Source: Octopus sinensis (taxonomy: Eukaryota). From it: DNA of 64,000 nt. The stretch lies in the NCBI RefSeq assembly GCF_006345805.1, contig NC_042999.1, positions 18,538,001 to 18,602,000 of the forward strand, written 5' to 3'. The first letter of the stretch is position 1. Every line of letters begins with the position of its first letter. Shown here piece after piece: positions 1-12,246 of the stretch. The translations under genes were made by a program, and so were the position numbers. The notes below the pieces were generated by a model. It was not told where the DNA came from, searched no databases, and worked only from the letters and a program-made list of their open reading frames with translations.

Positions 1-92
1 CACATATACTTACTTGCACACATACATACATACAGACATATATATATATATACATATATAATATACATATACATACATAGATACTTGCAGAC

Positions 93-192
<100 letters not shown>

Positions 193-307
193 ACATAGCC
201 ACAAACGTACCTATATAATTATATGCCTCGATCGATATATATATATATATATATATTTATATGTATGTATATATGTATCTATATATATATGTATGTGTGT
301 GTGTATG

Positions 308-334
<27 letters not shown>

Positions 335-339
<5 letters not shown>

Positions 340-547
340 TCAATATGTGACCGTGTGTGTATTGTTGTCGATTTTTTTCTCCATCTTCCCTTCTTGGATC
401 TTTCCTTTTTCTATGTTTCTGACGAAGAGCTCCGCACGAAACGTTAAATCCTCCTTCTTTCTTTCCTTTTCTGACCGTCCGATAACTCTATACTTGTTCC
501 ACGTCCTCGCGTTGTTGTGTTTTCTCTTTGTATTTTGATGTTTGGAT

Positions 548-552
<5 letters not shown>
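335..552 (+). mobile_element. Short non-autonomous Penelope-pLTR-like element (family H1) with minimal hammerhead
   Basis: gttt-CTGACGA-a-gagc-tcc-gcac-GAAACGTTA-aatc at ~416-450; flanked by (TA)n; homologous copies at ~2445-2543, 10310-10485, 35333-35541. Confidence 0.7.
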
Positions 553-593
<41 letters not shown>

Positions 594-1254
594 TATACAG
601 AGACACACACATACTTTTGTATATATGTAGAGTGATATAAACACACAGAAAGACACAAAAGAATAGATAGGTAGATAGATAGACAGACAAACAGAAAATG
701 TGTATATAGCAATAACGAATAAAAGCAGATGCTGCATTTTGAACGATATCATAAATATCACGTTTATAATTTACACATTCATACTGCAAAGTAAATACGT
801 GGCACCTAGTTCAATATTCCACAGGAAATAGTATCTGATGATACCTTTTGCTTTTTTCGTTCAAGCAGGTGAAAACTGAATTAGCTCAGGGATTAAAGAA
901 ACATCGAATCTGAGAATATTTCGAAAAGGTTTATCATTTCTGACTGCACACTGTATATCGTTCAAAAATATTCATGTGTATGTAGATTTAGAGAAACTCG
1001 CTTTACAATCAGATATTTAGACAGACAGAGATACAGTTACAGTAATTTATTTACATACGTTTGTTCACTAGTGTCTAGGTATACATTGATAAGTTCACTG
1101 AACCAAAATACCTACTAATCAAGAGATTTACTTTATCTGTGAGAGATAGGTCGTCGCATCGTTGCATATGTGTAACTTAGTGAGTAAGTATTTATTATTA
1201 CTGTTATATCGCAATACTACACAGTGGCTGTGTGAGCTTCGAAATCCTCGTCGC

Positions 1255-1377
1255 CACTGTTATATCGCACGTTCGGATGCCTTCTACTACTCAACTTACT
1301 CTACTCTCACCGCTACCCTCTATATCTACGTATTGGGCTAGTCTACTTCATAGTCTGGAGACGTCCGCACAACAGCT
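1255..1377 (+). repeat. Unclassified dispersed repeat fragment
   Basis: Reverse-complement similarity to 13712-13855 (gcacgttcggatg ... tattgggctag.ctacttcat). Confidence 0.55.
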
Positions 1378-1427
1378 ACAAAAGCATATACTCACCTATA
1401 ATTGAAACATATAGTATTCCAAAATAA

Positions 1428-1919
1428 GGCGGCTAGGTGGCAGAACCGTTAGCACGCCGGGCGAAATGCGTAGCCGTATTTCGTCTACCGTTACGTTCTG
1501 AGTTCAAATTCCGCCGAGGTCAACTTTGCCTTTCATCCTTTCCGGGTCGATAAATTAAATACTAGTTACGCACCGGGGTCAATATATTCAACTTTATTCG
1601 TTTGTCTGTCCTTGTTAGTCCCCTCTGTGTTTAGCCCCTTGTGGGTAATAAAGAAATATATATAATTGAAGCATATAGTACTTCAAAACAAGGCGGCGAG
1701 CTGGCAGAACCGTTAGCACGCCGGGCGAAATGCGTAGCCGTATTTCGTCTGCCGTCACGTTATGAGTTCAAATTCTGCCGAGGTTGACTTTGCCTTTCAT
1801 CCTTTCGGGGCCGATAAATTAAGTACCAGTTACGCACTGGGGTCAATGTGATCGACCTAATCCGTTTGTCTGTCCTTGTTTGTTCCCTCTGTGTTTAGCC
1901 CCTAGTGGGTAATAAAGAA
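1428..1919 (+). mobile_element. Two tandem tRNA-derived SINEs (family A)
   Basis: A-box-like tggcagaa and B-box gagttcaaattc; shared core gactttgcctttcatcctttcggggtcgataaattaagtaccag; units 1428-1658 and 1692-1919. Confidence 0.9.
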
Positions 1920-2444
1920 GCATATAGTATTTCAAAATTTATCAGCCAAACGTTTCTGCTAGTACTGAATGGCTACAAGAATTTTCTAACAGTGTTCGCG
2001 AGCACAACGTAAGTGTATGTTTTGGAAAAATGCGTTTGAGAGTATATGTGTACGAGTTAGATCGGAGAGTACATTTAACGCATTTATGTGCTTATGAACA
2101 GCGAATGTATAGACATATAAAATATAAGTTGAGAAGCATTTCACTTTAGCAATTACATAATAATGTCAGCGTAACATGACAAATGCAAAGACATGGATAT
2201 CACTTCTTAGTTTCTAAGATGTCAAAGCATTATACATACACTGGGACGATCTGATGTATATATACTATAAACCCTAACTATAAATCTTTCTCTTCTCATC
2301 TCTCTTTTTCTTCTTCCTGCTTTCTTTCTCCTTCTCCGTATATATATATATATATATGTGTGTGCGTGTGCGTACATATATGAAAGTACGGATATATATA
2401 TATATGCATACTTTCATATATGGATATATATATATATATATATA

Positions 2445-2543
2445 TCCATACTTTCCCTTCTTTCCTGAGCGTCCAATAATACTTTATTTGTTGCACGTCC
2501 TCGCGTTGCTGTGTTTTTTTGTGTTTTCTTGTTTGGATTAACT
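2445..2543 (+). mobile_element. 3' part of family H1 element
   Basis: Matches ~460-552 (cgtccaataatac...cacgtcctcgcgttg...tttggattaac), between (TA)n tracts. Confidence 0.65.
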
Positions 2544-2710
2544 ATATATATATATATATATATATATCTTCTCAAATCATACAATCACTGTCAAAATGTA
2601 ATTTCCTTTGGTGCAGACAACAGTATATTCTTGCCCCACCTCTTACACAGATTCCTATACTAGCGTCTATCCATCTATCTATCTCTCTCTCTCCCCCTCT
2701 CTCTCTCTAT

Positions 2711-2741
<31 letters not shown>

Positions 2742-2798
2742 CTATATATATATAATATATATATACATACATAATGCATACATGTAGACACACATACA

Positions 2799-2844
<46 letters not shown>

Positions 2845-3713
2845 CATACATACTTACATACATATTTACATATATACATAAAATATGAACGTGTGGGTGA
2901 GTGGCAGAGTCTAAGAGATGCAGTGACAATGGACGCGACTATTTATCAATTTAGAACCAATACCATATTGATTAATTCCAACTATTTCGCGAAAGACATT
3001 GCTCCTGGCAGTTCTTTATTCTGCCATTATAAGCCGTTCTTCTATTTCTGAAAGAGATTATTGTATTTTATATATCCTCGTGCAAAGCGAAGGAAATCGA
3101 TATTATTCGTACTTTGGTTGATCAGGAGTATTTGATACGTCTCCGATGTGGTCTTACTATTATACATTATGATATATATTGCCTTTTTTTTGTTGTTTTC
3201 TAATATATTACCTGCATTCTTTAAAGCAATCCTTATAGATATTTGAAAGCGAATAATACGATTATGAATCTGTATACATACACGCTTACATGCATACCTT
3301 CATCTCGATATATCCGATAAATATAGATATACATATGTAGTTATATAATTATAAATATATATATACATATGCATAAATATGTATATGTATGCACGTATAC
3401 ATACATATATGCATACATACATTCATACGTATCTGTGTAGGTATGTGCTTAGATAAATTTGGTGCAATTTAATCATACTTTTATGTTATTTATGAAAGAA
3501 CGTCCAATTTATTCGTCCAGGTATTTCGTTCCCTTTAAGTCTTGCTTTGCAATATTTACAATGCTCGAAAAATTTCGTTGGGCCTTCTTCGGCTATCCCC
3601 AAATACTGTACGTTTACATGTATAATATTACCTTCATACACTGTTTGTGCATTTATGCGTCTGTATGCCTGTATGTGTGTGTATATGATATATATATATA
3701 TAATATATATATA

Positions 3714-3780
<67 letters not shown>

Positions 3781-3784
<4 letters not shown>

Positions 3785-4283
3785 GAAAGAATGGAGTTCA
3801 TGATATATGTTTCGAAGGCTGTATATCCTAATTTCGAAGGAATAAGGGGTGCATTATGCCGCCTTCTCATCAGGAAAACAAGGAACTTATGTTAGCATCA
3901 AGATGAACAAAAACTTTTAGATGACTGCCCCCATTATCGCTATGGGCTCCGCGTAGGGAGTCATCTGAAAGTTTTTTTTCATCTTGATACTGACATAAGT
4001 TCCTTGTTTTTCCTGATGAGAAGGCGGCATAATGCACCCCTTATTCCTTCGAAATTAGGAATAGGCAGCCTTCGAAACATATGTCGAGAATAAAGGAATT
4101 TTGTTAAATCGTCGTTCAACTCCATTCTTTCATTTATTTGTATTAGAAAAACACACAAATTTCCACACGAAAGCACGTGATCTCTGCCCTTGGCATGTAG
4201 CTTCAACCGTGTTTTTCTCACGTGAATTTGCTACCAGGTATCGGTTAACCGAATTACCCATACTAAGATAATTCATTCAACTA

Positions 4284-4286
<3 letters not shown>
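3781..4286 (+). mobile_element. Fold-back Penelope-pLTR-like element with hammerhead ribozyme
   Basis: Inverted arms ~3781-3930 / 3956-4137; (TA)n on both sides. Confidence 0.75.
4000..4098 (+). ncRNA. Type I hammerhead ribozyme (canonical core)
   Basis: CTGATGA 4013-4019; stem II gaaggc.gc/gc.gccttc; GAAA 4074-4077; palindromic stem III ACATATGT; GTC cleavage triplet 4083-4085; stem I ttccttgtttttc/gagaataaaggaa. Confidence 0.8.
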
Positions 4287-4356
<70 letters not shown>

Positions 4357-4633
4357 TGAACTTTCTCATCTTCCATTTTAAAGTGTTACAGAATTAACAC
4401 AGGTTATAGGAACATAAAGCTTCTTCCACGAAAAGATAGCTTAAACTGTGCTCTAAATGGAGGTGAAGTCAAATTCTATTCTACAGACTCAACCATGTTC
4501 TAAAATAAGTCGAAAGTTAAGCTGCTATAAATCGGCACGAACTTTCCACACAACCCTATATATAGATAAATAGATTGATAGATAGATAGATAGACAGATA
4601 GACAGATAGACAGATAGATAGATAGATAGATAT

Positions 4634-4680
<47 letters not shown>

Positions 4681-4979
4681 CATAGATACATAGATGATAT
4701 GGTTTTTTTAATTTTTGAAGTATAAACAGATGGTGCATTTTCAACACTTGTATAAATATCAACTTTATCATTTAGATATATATCTGCTCTACAGCACTTA
4801 TTTTTCGGTGTCGCGAATTTCATTCAAATATTGCATGTATTTTATATCTACGAGATTTTTACTTCTGCAACATTATCGTCGTACATTTTAGGTCTTGGTC
4901 TAAAAGACTGTAAATATTTAAAAATCTATTTACACATGCATAAGCTGTGGTCGTGTTTAATTATCTGATCTATGTAATA

Positions 4980-5486
4980 TTAGTTAGTTAGTTAATTTTT
5001 TGCCTCAAAAAGCAAAAATCAAGGCCATGTAGGGGGACATGGAGTTATGTACAGGGTGGTGTTCATGTAAAGAGTTCAGGTCACTTGTGGCCAAGGGAGA
5101 CTTTGAACCGAGCGGTCATCGGCATCTTCACCATCTCGTCCGGCAGCTTATTCCACGGATCCGCAACCCGGACGGAGAAAGCCCCTCTCCTTCGATTGAG
5201 ATGAAATCGTCGCAGATAGAGCTTTTCGGAATGACCCCGCAGCCAACGCTCTGGAGCAGGAGTGAAGAACAGCTCTTTCGAGAGGTTACACTTACCGCTT
5301 ATGATGTTGTGAGCAAGAATGAGATCACCACGGCGTCGTCGTTTTTCTAGAGAATAAAGGTCGAGCGTCTTCAGCCTTTCTTCATAAGACAAATTCTTGA
5401 GACCAAGAACCATACGGGTAGCCAGCTTCTGGACTCTTTCGAGATGCTATATGTCTTTGAGGAGATAAGGAGAAGAGGCTTGAATG
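4980..5486 (-). mobile_element. CR1/L2-clade LINE 3' fragment (ORF2 C-terminus)
   Basis: HLERVQKLATRMVLGLKNLSYEERLKTLDLYSLEKRRRRGDLI...LRGH..KL...R...FSVRV...WNKLP; ends in (TAAC)-like tail. Confidence 0.9.
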
Positions 5487-5899
5487 TATATTTGTTCGTA
5501 AATTTTCTTCAGTGTAATTTTCAAATGAACTTTGAAACCACGTGTTTTGCAATAATCGCTCGTATTTATCGAGTTAGGGATTTCTTCGCGACTGTGCATC
5601 TTTGAATAATAATTCTAACTAACAATCAAACAATGGTTTGAGATTATCAATAAAGTCTTCAGTGAATGTTTTGAGAATGATTGTCGATATATTCAATATA
5701 ACTGATTTTGCTTTGTTGTACTTGAAGTTTACGCAACAATGTAAATATATTTTTGGGATTCTATGCCAATATTTCTCAAACTTAATGTTATAATTTCGCG
5801 TCAGAGGATTCCGATTTCCTTTAAAATGTTACTGTAATACGACTATTTCTTAAAAATCGGAATTCGTTTTTGCATCAGTTTCGTGTCAAAACTCACCTG

Positions 5900-6210
5900 C
5901 GTCCAGACGTATTTTAAAAAGAAAATAATGACATAAATGTATCATTATTGACCCCTCTCGGCGTAATATGCTCATGTAAAACATTTCACGAGCAATAGTC
6001 AATAAATGTGTGCGCATCAGGCCAAATGCTGCGTTGAATTTGTTTATGTTTTTTGCATTTTCACAAGAACATTGGCACCAGTCGAGATTCTTCTGTCTTA
6101 CGCAAACCTCTGGCATTCAGTTATATTATTTGCAGTTGTTTGGAAGCTAGTTATCTTTCATAAAGTATACCCAATCCAGTTCCACATCTGAAGCCGGCAT
6201 GGCATATATT
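5900..6210 (-). pseudogene. Decayed Tc1/mariner transposase fragment
   Basis: Frameshifted motifs W.YFMKDN (cf. W.FQQDNAP), DWC and IWPDAHTFIDYCS*NVL (cf. WPP.SPDLNPLDY..W) in the expected order. Confidence 0.4.
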
Positions 6211-6214
6211 GGTT

Positions 6215-6418
6215 TCAAATTTTGACACCGGGCCAGTAAGCTCGAGCAGAAGGTAAATCAAATACACCGATTCCGGTGTTCAGCTGGTACTTATCTTATC
6301 GACCCAGAAAGAATGAAGGACATAGTCAACTCCTGTGGCATTTGAAACTAGAACGTAAAGACGGACAAAATGTTGCTAAGTATTTTGTGTGGCATGCTAA
6401 TAATTCTGCCAGTTCGCT
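6215..6418 (-). mobile_element. Old family A-related SINE
   Basis: ctggtacttatcttatcgacccagaaagaatgaagg...tttgaaact...aattctgccagttcgc. Confidence 0.7.
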
Positions 6419-6591
6419 TCCGCAAGCTATGGTATATACTGACTTAGAAAATATCAAGGCTTATATGGTATGTCCATGTAGTTTTGAAAGTGATGCAATA
6501 CTTCAACAATTGTTTGCTGTATACATAATGTTAAGATAATCCCAGAGTGAATTTTCTTGGTTCGTTCATCAGCTAAGTTTTCTTTTATTTA

Positions 6592-6824
6592 CCTCTTTTA
6601 CTGTTTTACTCTTTTACTTGTTTCAGTCATTTGACTGCGGTCATGCTAGAGCACCGTCTTTAGTCGAATGAAATCGACCCCAGGACATATTCTTTGTAAG
6701 CCTAGTACTTATTCTATCGGTCTCTTTTTGCCGAACCGCTAAGTGACGGGGACGTACACACACCAGCATCGGTTGTCTAGCGATGGTGGAGGGACAAACA
6801 CAGACACAAACAGCAAACACATAG

Positions 6825-6876
<52 letters not shown>

Positions 6877-7062
6877 TTATATACATATAGATATATATAC
6901 GACGGGCTTCTTTCAGTTTCCGTCTACCAAATCCACTTACAAAGCTTTGGTCGGCCCGAAGCTATAGCAGAATACACTTACCCAAGATGCCACGCAGTAG
7001 GACTGAACCCTGAACCATGTGGTTGGGAAGCAAGCTTCTTACCACACAGCCACTCCTGCGCC
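6592..7062 (-). mobile_element. tRNA-derived SINE family B (internal TA/CA microsatellite)
   Basis: Head ggcgcaggagtggctgtgtggtaag...gggttcagtcc; tail gactgaaacaagtaaaagagtaaaa. Confidence 0.9.
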
Positions 7063-7619
7063 TAGCTTCTTACCACACAGCTAAATGTTTTATCTTATTC
7101 AGCAGATACAACCCAGTTCCAGAATAATTGTAGAGTTCTTAAGTAATTAATGTGAAGTTGATAGCTGATAAATTTCAACGGGTTTCTTTCTGTCTGCGTC
7201 TCTCTCTTATGGCTTTCTCGTTCTCTTTCAAGTTTTTCATCCTTTTTAAAAAGGATACTATAATCTAAGTTTGAAGTGCCTACAATAAATAACAATGGTG
7301 GTAAGAAATGTCAAATCAAGTTACTGTGTAAATCATTACAAAATTGATCCACACGATTTTTCCTGGTAAACATTTATATATAATACGTTGACATTTTTAT
7401 TTCATTTATAAGCACCACAGACGGTTAGCAAAATTGCCAACTCATGTAAAAGTAAAATATCAAGAAATATATTCAAAGAACTTCCATTTACACTGCTTTA
7501 TTGTTGTACTGAATGAAAACTAAAGAATTTACATGCAATCCTGTTAAGTATTTCGGTATCAGAACACTGACATTTAAACTTAAGTTTCATAGAATATGAC
7601 GTATCTGTCGTATGCTTTT

Positions 7620-7955
7620 GTCTTCTCTTTCTTCTTCTTCTTCTTCTTCTTTTCATCACCTCTCCTTCCTTCTTTCTCCTCCTCTCTTCTTCCTCCTCCT
7701 CTTCTCTCTTCTTCATCCTTCTCCTTCTTTCTTCTTCTTCTCTTCTTCTTCTTCTCTTCTTCTTCTTCTTCTTCTTCTTTTCTCTTCTCATCATTTTTCT
7801 TCTTCTCTCTTCTTCTTCTCTCTCATTTCCCCTTCTTCTTCTTCTCTTTTTTAACCTCCTCCTCTTTTTCTTCTTCTTCACTTCTTCTTTCACCTCCTTC
7901 TTCTTCTTCTTCATCCTTCTTTCCTTCTTCTTTCTGTTCTTCTTCTTCCTTCTCT
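7620..7955 (-). repeat. (GAA)n/(GGA)n microsatellite, tail of RTE LINE
   Basis: Degenerate TTC/TCC repeats directly 3' of RTE fragment. Confidence 0.85.
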
Positions 7956-8270
7956 GCCTTTACAACCTCCACGCACGAGTATAGGCCACTTTTAATTGAA
8001 TTCCATGTCGCATAATTTTTCGCTTCTGTACTTATACTCTGCCATGAATGTCCCCCTTTCTCTAATTCCTTTTGTTTTGATCTACGCCACGAGGTCTTAG
8101 GCCTTACCTCTCCTTCAAAATCCATCCGGATTCCACTGTAAAGCACTTTTCTCTACATTTGGTGTGTCTTTTCTAATTGTGCCACCAATCCACTTCCACT
8201 CTTTCTTAAATATTTGCTCCCTCATCGAAACTTGAATGCGCTAATCACCCGTGCAATAGATTTTTTTCAA
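7956..8270 (-). mobile_element. RTE-clade LINE ORF2 C-terminal fragment
   Basis: KWIGGTIRK..ALQWNPDG then (frameshift) RPKTSWRRSKQKELEKGGHSWQS...AKN...W, matching the RTE C-terminal pattern WIGHTLRK..ALTWNP.G.R.RGRPK.TWRR. Confidence 0.8.
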
Positions 8271-8339
8271 ATTGATTATGAAAATACTGATAGTATGTTT
8301 TTTTTTGTAAAGAAGCTTATTTATAGCAGTGTTATGATT

Positions 8340-8990
8340 TACATTATTAACATTATTTACATTTGACGGATATTCGTCCTCATAATTTTTGTTGTTTACA
8401 CAAAGTTTAGGCTGATATACCGTCCATCCTGATGAAGGCTAGACGGTATATCAGCGGCGAGCTGGCAGAAACGTTAGCACGCCGGGCGAAATGCTTTGCG
8501 GTATTTCGTCTGCCGCTACGTTCTGAGTTCAATTTCCGCCGCGGCCGACTTTGCCTTTCATCCTTGTGGGGTCGATTAAATAAGTACCAGTTACATCCTG
8601 GGTTCGATGTAATCGACTTAATACCTATGTCTGTCCTTGTTTGTTCCCTCTATGTTTAGCCCCTTGTGGGTAATAAAGAAATAGGTATTTCGTCTGCCGT
8701 TACTTTTTGAGTTCAATTTCCGCCGAGGTCGACTTTGCCTTTCATCCTTTCGGGGTCGATTAAATAAGTACCAGTTACGCACTGGGGTCGATATAATCGG
8801 CTTAATCCGTTTGTCTGTCCTTGTGTGTCCTCTCTGTGGTTAGCCCCTTGTGGGTAGTAAAGAAATAGGTATATCAGCGGTATATCAACGGTATATCAGC
8901 CGAAACTTTGTGTTAACAGCAAAAAAGATGAGGACAAATATCCATCAAATGTAAATAACGTAAATAATGTAAATAATGTACATAATTCCT
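8340..8990 (+). mobile_element. Palindromic HHR-bearing element interrupted by a SINE dimer
   Basis: 8340-8425 is the inverse of ~8889-8980; CTGATGAAggct at 8429 and agccGAAAC at ~8898. Confidence 0.7.
8454..8870 (+). mobile_element. SINE family A dimer
   Basis: Head plus two core units; flanked by ggtatatcagcgg duplication. Confidence 0.9.
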
Positions 8991-9838
8991 CATTTCTTAA
9001 ATATAGAACTGTATTGTTATTATTGTCTTTAAGTCGAAGATCCGCTGTAATAGTGTAGCTTTATGAACAAAGACCACCATCAGTTACTATCAATAAACAT
9101 CCAAGAACATTAGAAAAATCTACCGTAGACCCTCCATTTTTCCCCTAGGAATGATTTTCTATTTTCAATGCGTACTACACTATAACCATATTAACAGTAG
9201 AATTATTTGTAATAGTCCCCGTTACTTATTTCAAGCAGAATAAAAGGCGATTTCGGTCAATACGATATTTTAATTCCAATGGATTGAGAAGAAGTCAGCT
9301 AATTAATGCAATTAATCAGAAAGCTTAATGACGCTTCAGGCACTGACATAATGAGTCAAATCTTGAAATGAAATTTGAAAGAATCAGAATTTTAAATGGC
9401 GTAAGTTGCGTAGATTTATCAATTCAGATATCCCTAGAGACAGCTCTCTTATTCGCATTCATTCGACCAGGATGATGAGCCCTGAGATGTAATATAGTGA
9501 AATTATATTGAAAACTAATAAAAATTTCTGCACGCATATCTAAATTTAGGAAACGAATTAACGAGCTTTTTCACTCGGTTTCACAATTTCAAACAGAGAA
9601 AGGCAAGAAGCCTGCTGTAAATGACAGATGGTCATACAATAAATAACGGCAAAATATCCAGTGAATCACAAAACCACTACTTTAAAATGGGAGCCAGAGT
9701 GATAATCATCTTCTTTTGCTCATACACAAGAAAGACAAGTTACTCACGACTTTGAAGCATTTGATCAGGATATTGCGCCCTGAAATATTTATGTTTATGA
9801 AATAACTTATTCTTGTGTGTGTGTGTGGGGTGTATGTG

Positions 9839-9871
<33 letters not shown>

Positions 9872-9894
9872 CTGTGTGTGTCTTCTCGCGCGTT

Positions 9895-10190
9895 AAGGAG
9901 CGCAGTTTAGTGGTTAGAGTATGCAACTCACCACAACCAGCGACATGTGTCCTTAAACAAGGCGGTTTATTTCACGTTATTCCAGTCCGCTCAGCAGGCA
10001 AAAAGTATACGTTTAATCGTAATTCAAATAGCCATCTTTGTGACACTCTGTGCAACACTGAATATCGTTAAGAACTACCCTACGGGTATTCATATCTCTG
10101 AAGTGTTCAGCCACCTGCACGATATTTTCACAAATAGCTTGTTCCTATGATCGGAGCAGCTGGAACTCTGATCGTCGTAACCAGCATAGG
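9895..10190 (+). mobile_element. Old SINE (family C/D-related)
   Basis: ggagcgcagtttagtggttagag head; body gaactacc...cagccacctgcacg...cgtcgtaacc. Confidence 0.65.
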
Positions 10191-10309
10191 TCAAGTTAAG
10201 CTATATATATATATATTATATATATATATATATAATATATATATATAATATATATATATATAATATATATATCTATATATATATATATATAATATATATA
10301 TATATATAT

Positions 10310-10485
10310 AGTTAATCCAAACATGAAAACACAAAGAGAAAAACACAACAACGCGAGTATGTGGAACAAGTATAGTATTATTGGACGCTCAGGAAAGAAG
10401 GAAAGAAGGAAGTTTTAACGTTTCGAGCGGAGCTCTTCGTCAGAAACATAGAAAAAGAAAGGTCCAAAGAAGGGAAGACGGAGGA
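10310..10485 (-). mobile_element. Family H1 element with intact minimal hammerhead
   Basis: Reverse complement: gttt-CTGACGA-a-gagc-tcc-gctc-GAAACGTTA-aaac (~10412-10447). Confidence 0.75.
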
Positions 10486-10520
<35 letters not shown>

Positions 10521-10540
10521 ATTGGAAATATATATTTGTG

Positions 10541-10590
<50 letters not shown>

Positions 10591-10619
10591 ATATATTATA
10601 TATATATATATATGTAATT

Positions 10620-11225
10620 AAGTATGTAAATCATTACTCAGTTTTAATTCAAGATTTCTTGCCAATAGAGAAAGAGCGGTTTTCTAACACAGATCAAGGG
10701 TTCCTTGATTGGAAATACAACATCAGCAGGATACATTTTTTATGTATGTATATATGCATGTATGTATGCACGTATGTATGTTTTATGTATGTATACTCAT
10801 GTATATATTTACTTATCTAGAGAAGTTCATATATATTTAAATGATAAACTTCTGCAAAGTTTTACAGATGTTTACAGTTCCACTGATGGATTGGATCTGT
10901 AATCTTCGAATTAGCTTTCTCCTTTCTGGTTTTGCGAAGCCTAATTTCTCAAGATTGGTATTTAGGCAGTGTGATACATATCCCAAGGCCCCCAGTACTT
11001 ACAGATATAAACCTGAGTTTGTCATCTGGATGGAGTAACTGCAGATTTCTCAATAGTTCAGCATAGGTGTTCTCTTTTTCACTGGTCTTCAGCTTTATGT
11101 TAACATCGGCTTTGCAGCTAATTTCCACAACTGTGCACAGTTTCTCTTCGCTATCCCAAATCATTATATCAAGTCAGTTGTGCTTACACGTTATTGTGGC
11201 CTTCACTGGTATATTCCACCAGTAT
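10620..11225 (-). mobile_element. R4/NeSL-like non-LTR retrotransposon 3' end (restriction-like endonuclease)
   Basis: WWNIPVK...DIMIWDSEEKLCTVVEISC..D..I..K..EK...Y..L...LQ......F......GGLG pattern; ORF 10949-11164. Confidence 0.75.
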
Positions 11226-11422
11226 TCCTTTTGTATATATGTATGTATGTATATGTGCAGATTTGTATGTTTTGCTTTATGCATGTATTGTCATGGATAT
11301 GGTTGCATATCTTTACCTGCTTATATAACCAATAGAAATTAGTTATACAATTACGGTTTCTTCTATAACTACAGCTCGAAAGAATTTGCTTACCTGCTGT
11401 GTTGTTGTCTTCGCTCTGTTTT

Positions 11423-11895
11423 GTATGTATGTATGTATGTATGTATGTATGTATGTATGTATGTATGTATGTATGTATGTGTGTATGTATGTATTATGTA
11501 TGTATGTGTGTATGTATGTATGTATGTTGTATGTATGTATGTATGTATGTATGTATGTATGTGTGTGTGTATGTATGCATGTATGTATGTATGTATGTAT
11601 GTATGTATGTATGTATGTATGTATGTATGTGTGTGTGTATGTATGTATGTATGTATGTACGTTTGTATGTACGTATGTCTGTATATATATATGTGTATGT
11701 ATGTATATATGTATGTGTGCGTGTATGTATGTATGTATGTATGTATGTGTGTATGTATGTATGTATGTATGTATGTATGTACGTTTGTATGTACGTATGT
11801 CTGTATATATATATGTGTATGTATGTATATATGTATGTGTGCGTGTATGTATGTATGTATGTATGTGTGTATGTATGTATGTATGTATGTATGTA

Positions 11896-11930
<35 letters not shown>

Positions 11931-12246
11931 ACGTTTGTATTTACGTATGTGTGTATATATATATATGTATGTATGTATATATGTATGTATGTATGTGTGC
12001 GTGTATGTATGTATGTATGTATGTATGTGTGCGTGTATGTATGTATGTGTGTATGTATGTATGTTTGTATGTATGCATGCATGTATGTATGTATGTATGT
12101 ACGTTTGTATGTACGTATGTGTGTATATATATATGTATGTATGTATATATATATATGTATGTATGTGTGTGTGTGTATGTATGTATGTATGTATGTGTGT
12201 ATATATGTATGCATGTATGTATGTATGTATGTACGTATGTATATGC
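11423..12246. repeat. (TATG)n satellite with higher-order ~120 bp unit
   Basis: Recurring gtacgtttgtat(g/t)tacgtatgt landmark at ~11657, 11779, 11929, 12099. Confidence 0.95.

Noticed and set aside
1398-1940. Repeat-spacer-repeat pattern resembling CRISPR
   Set aside because: Spacers are homologous SINE copies; eukaryotic context; no cas genes.
7498-8015. K/E/R-rich and F/S-rich ORFs
   Set aside because: (GAA)n tail of an RTE LINE, not a gene.
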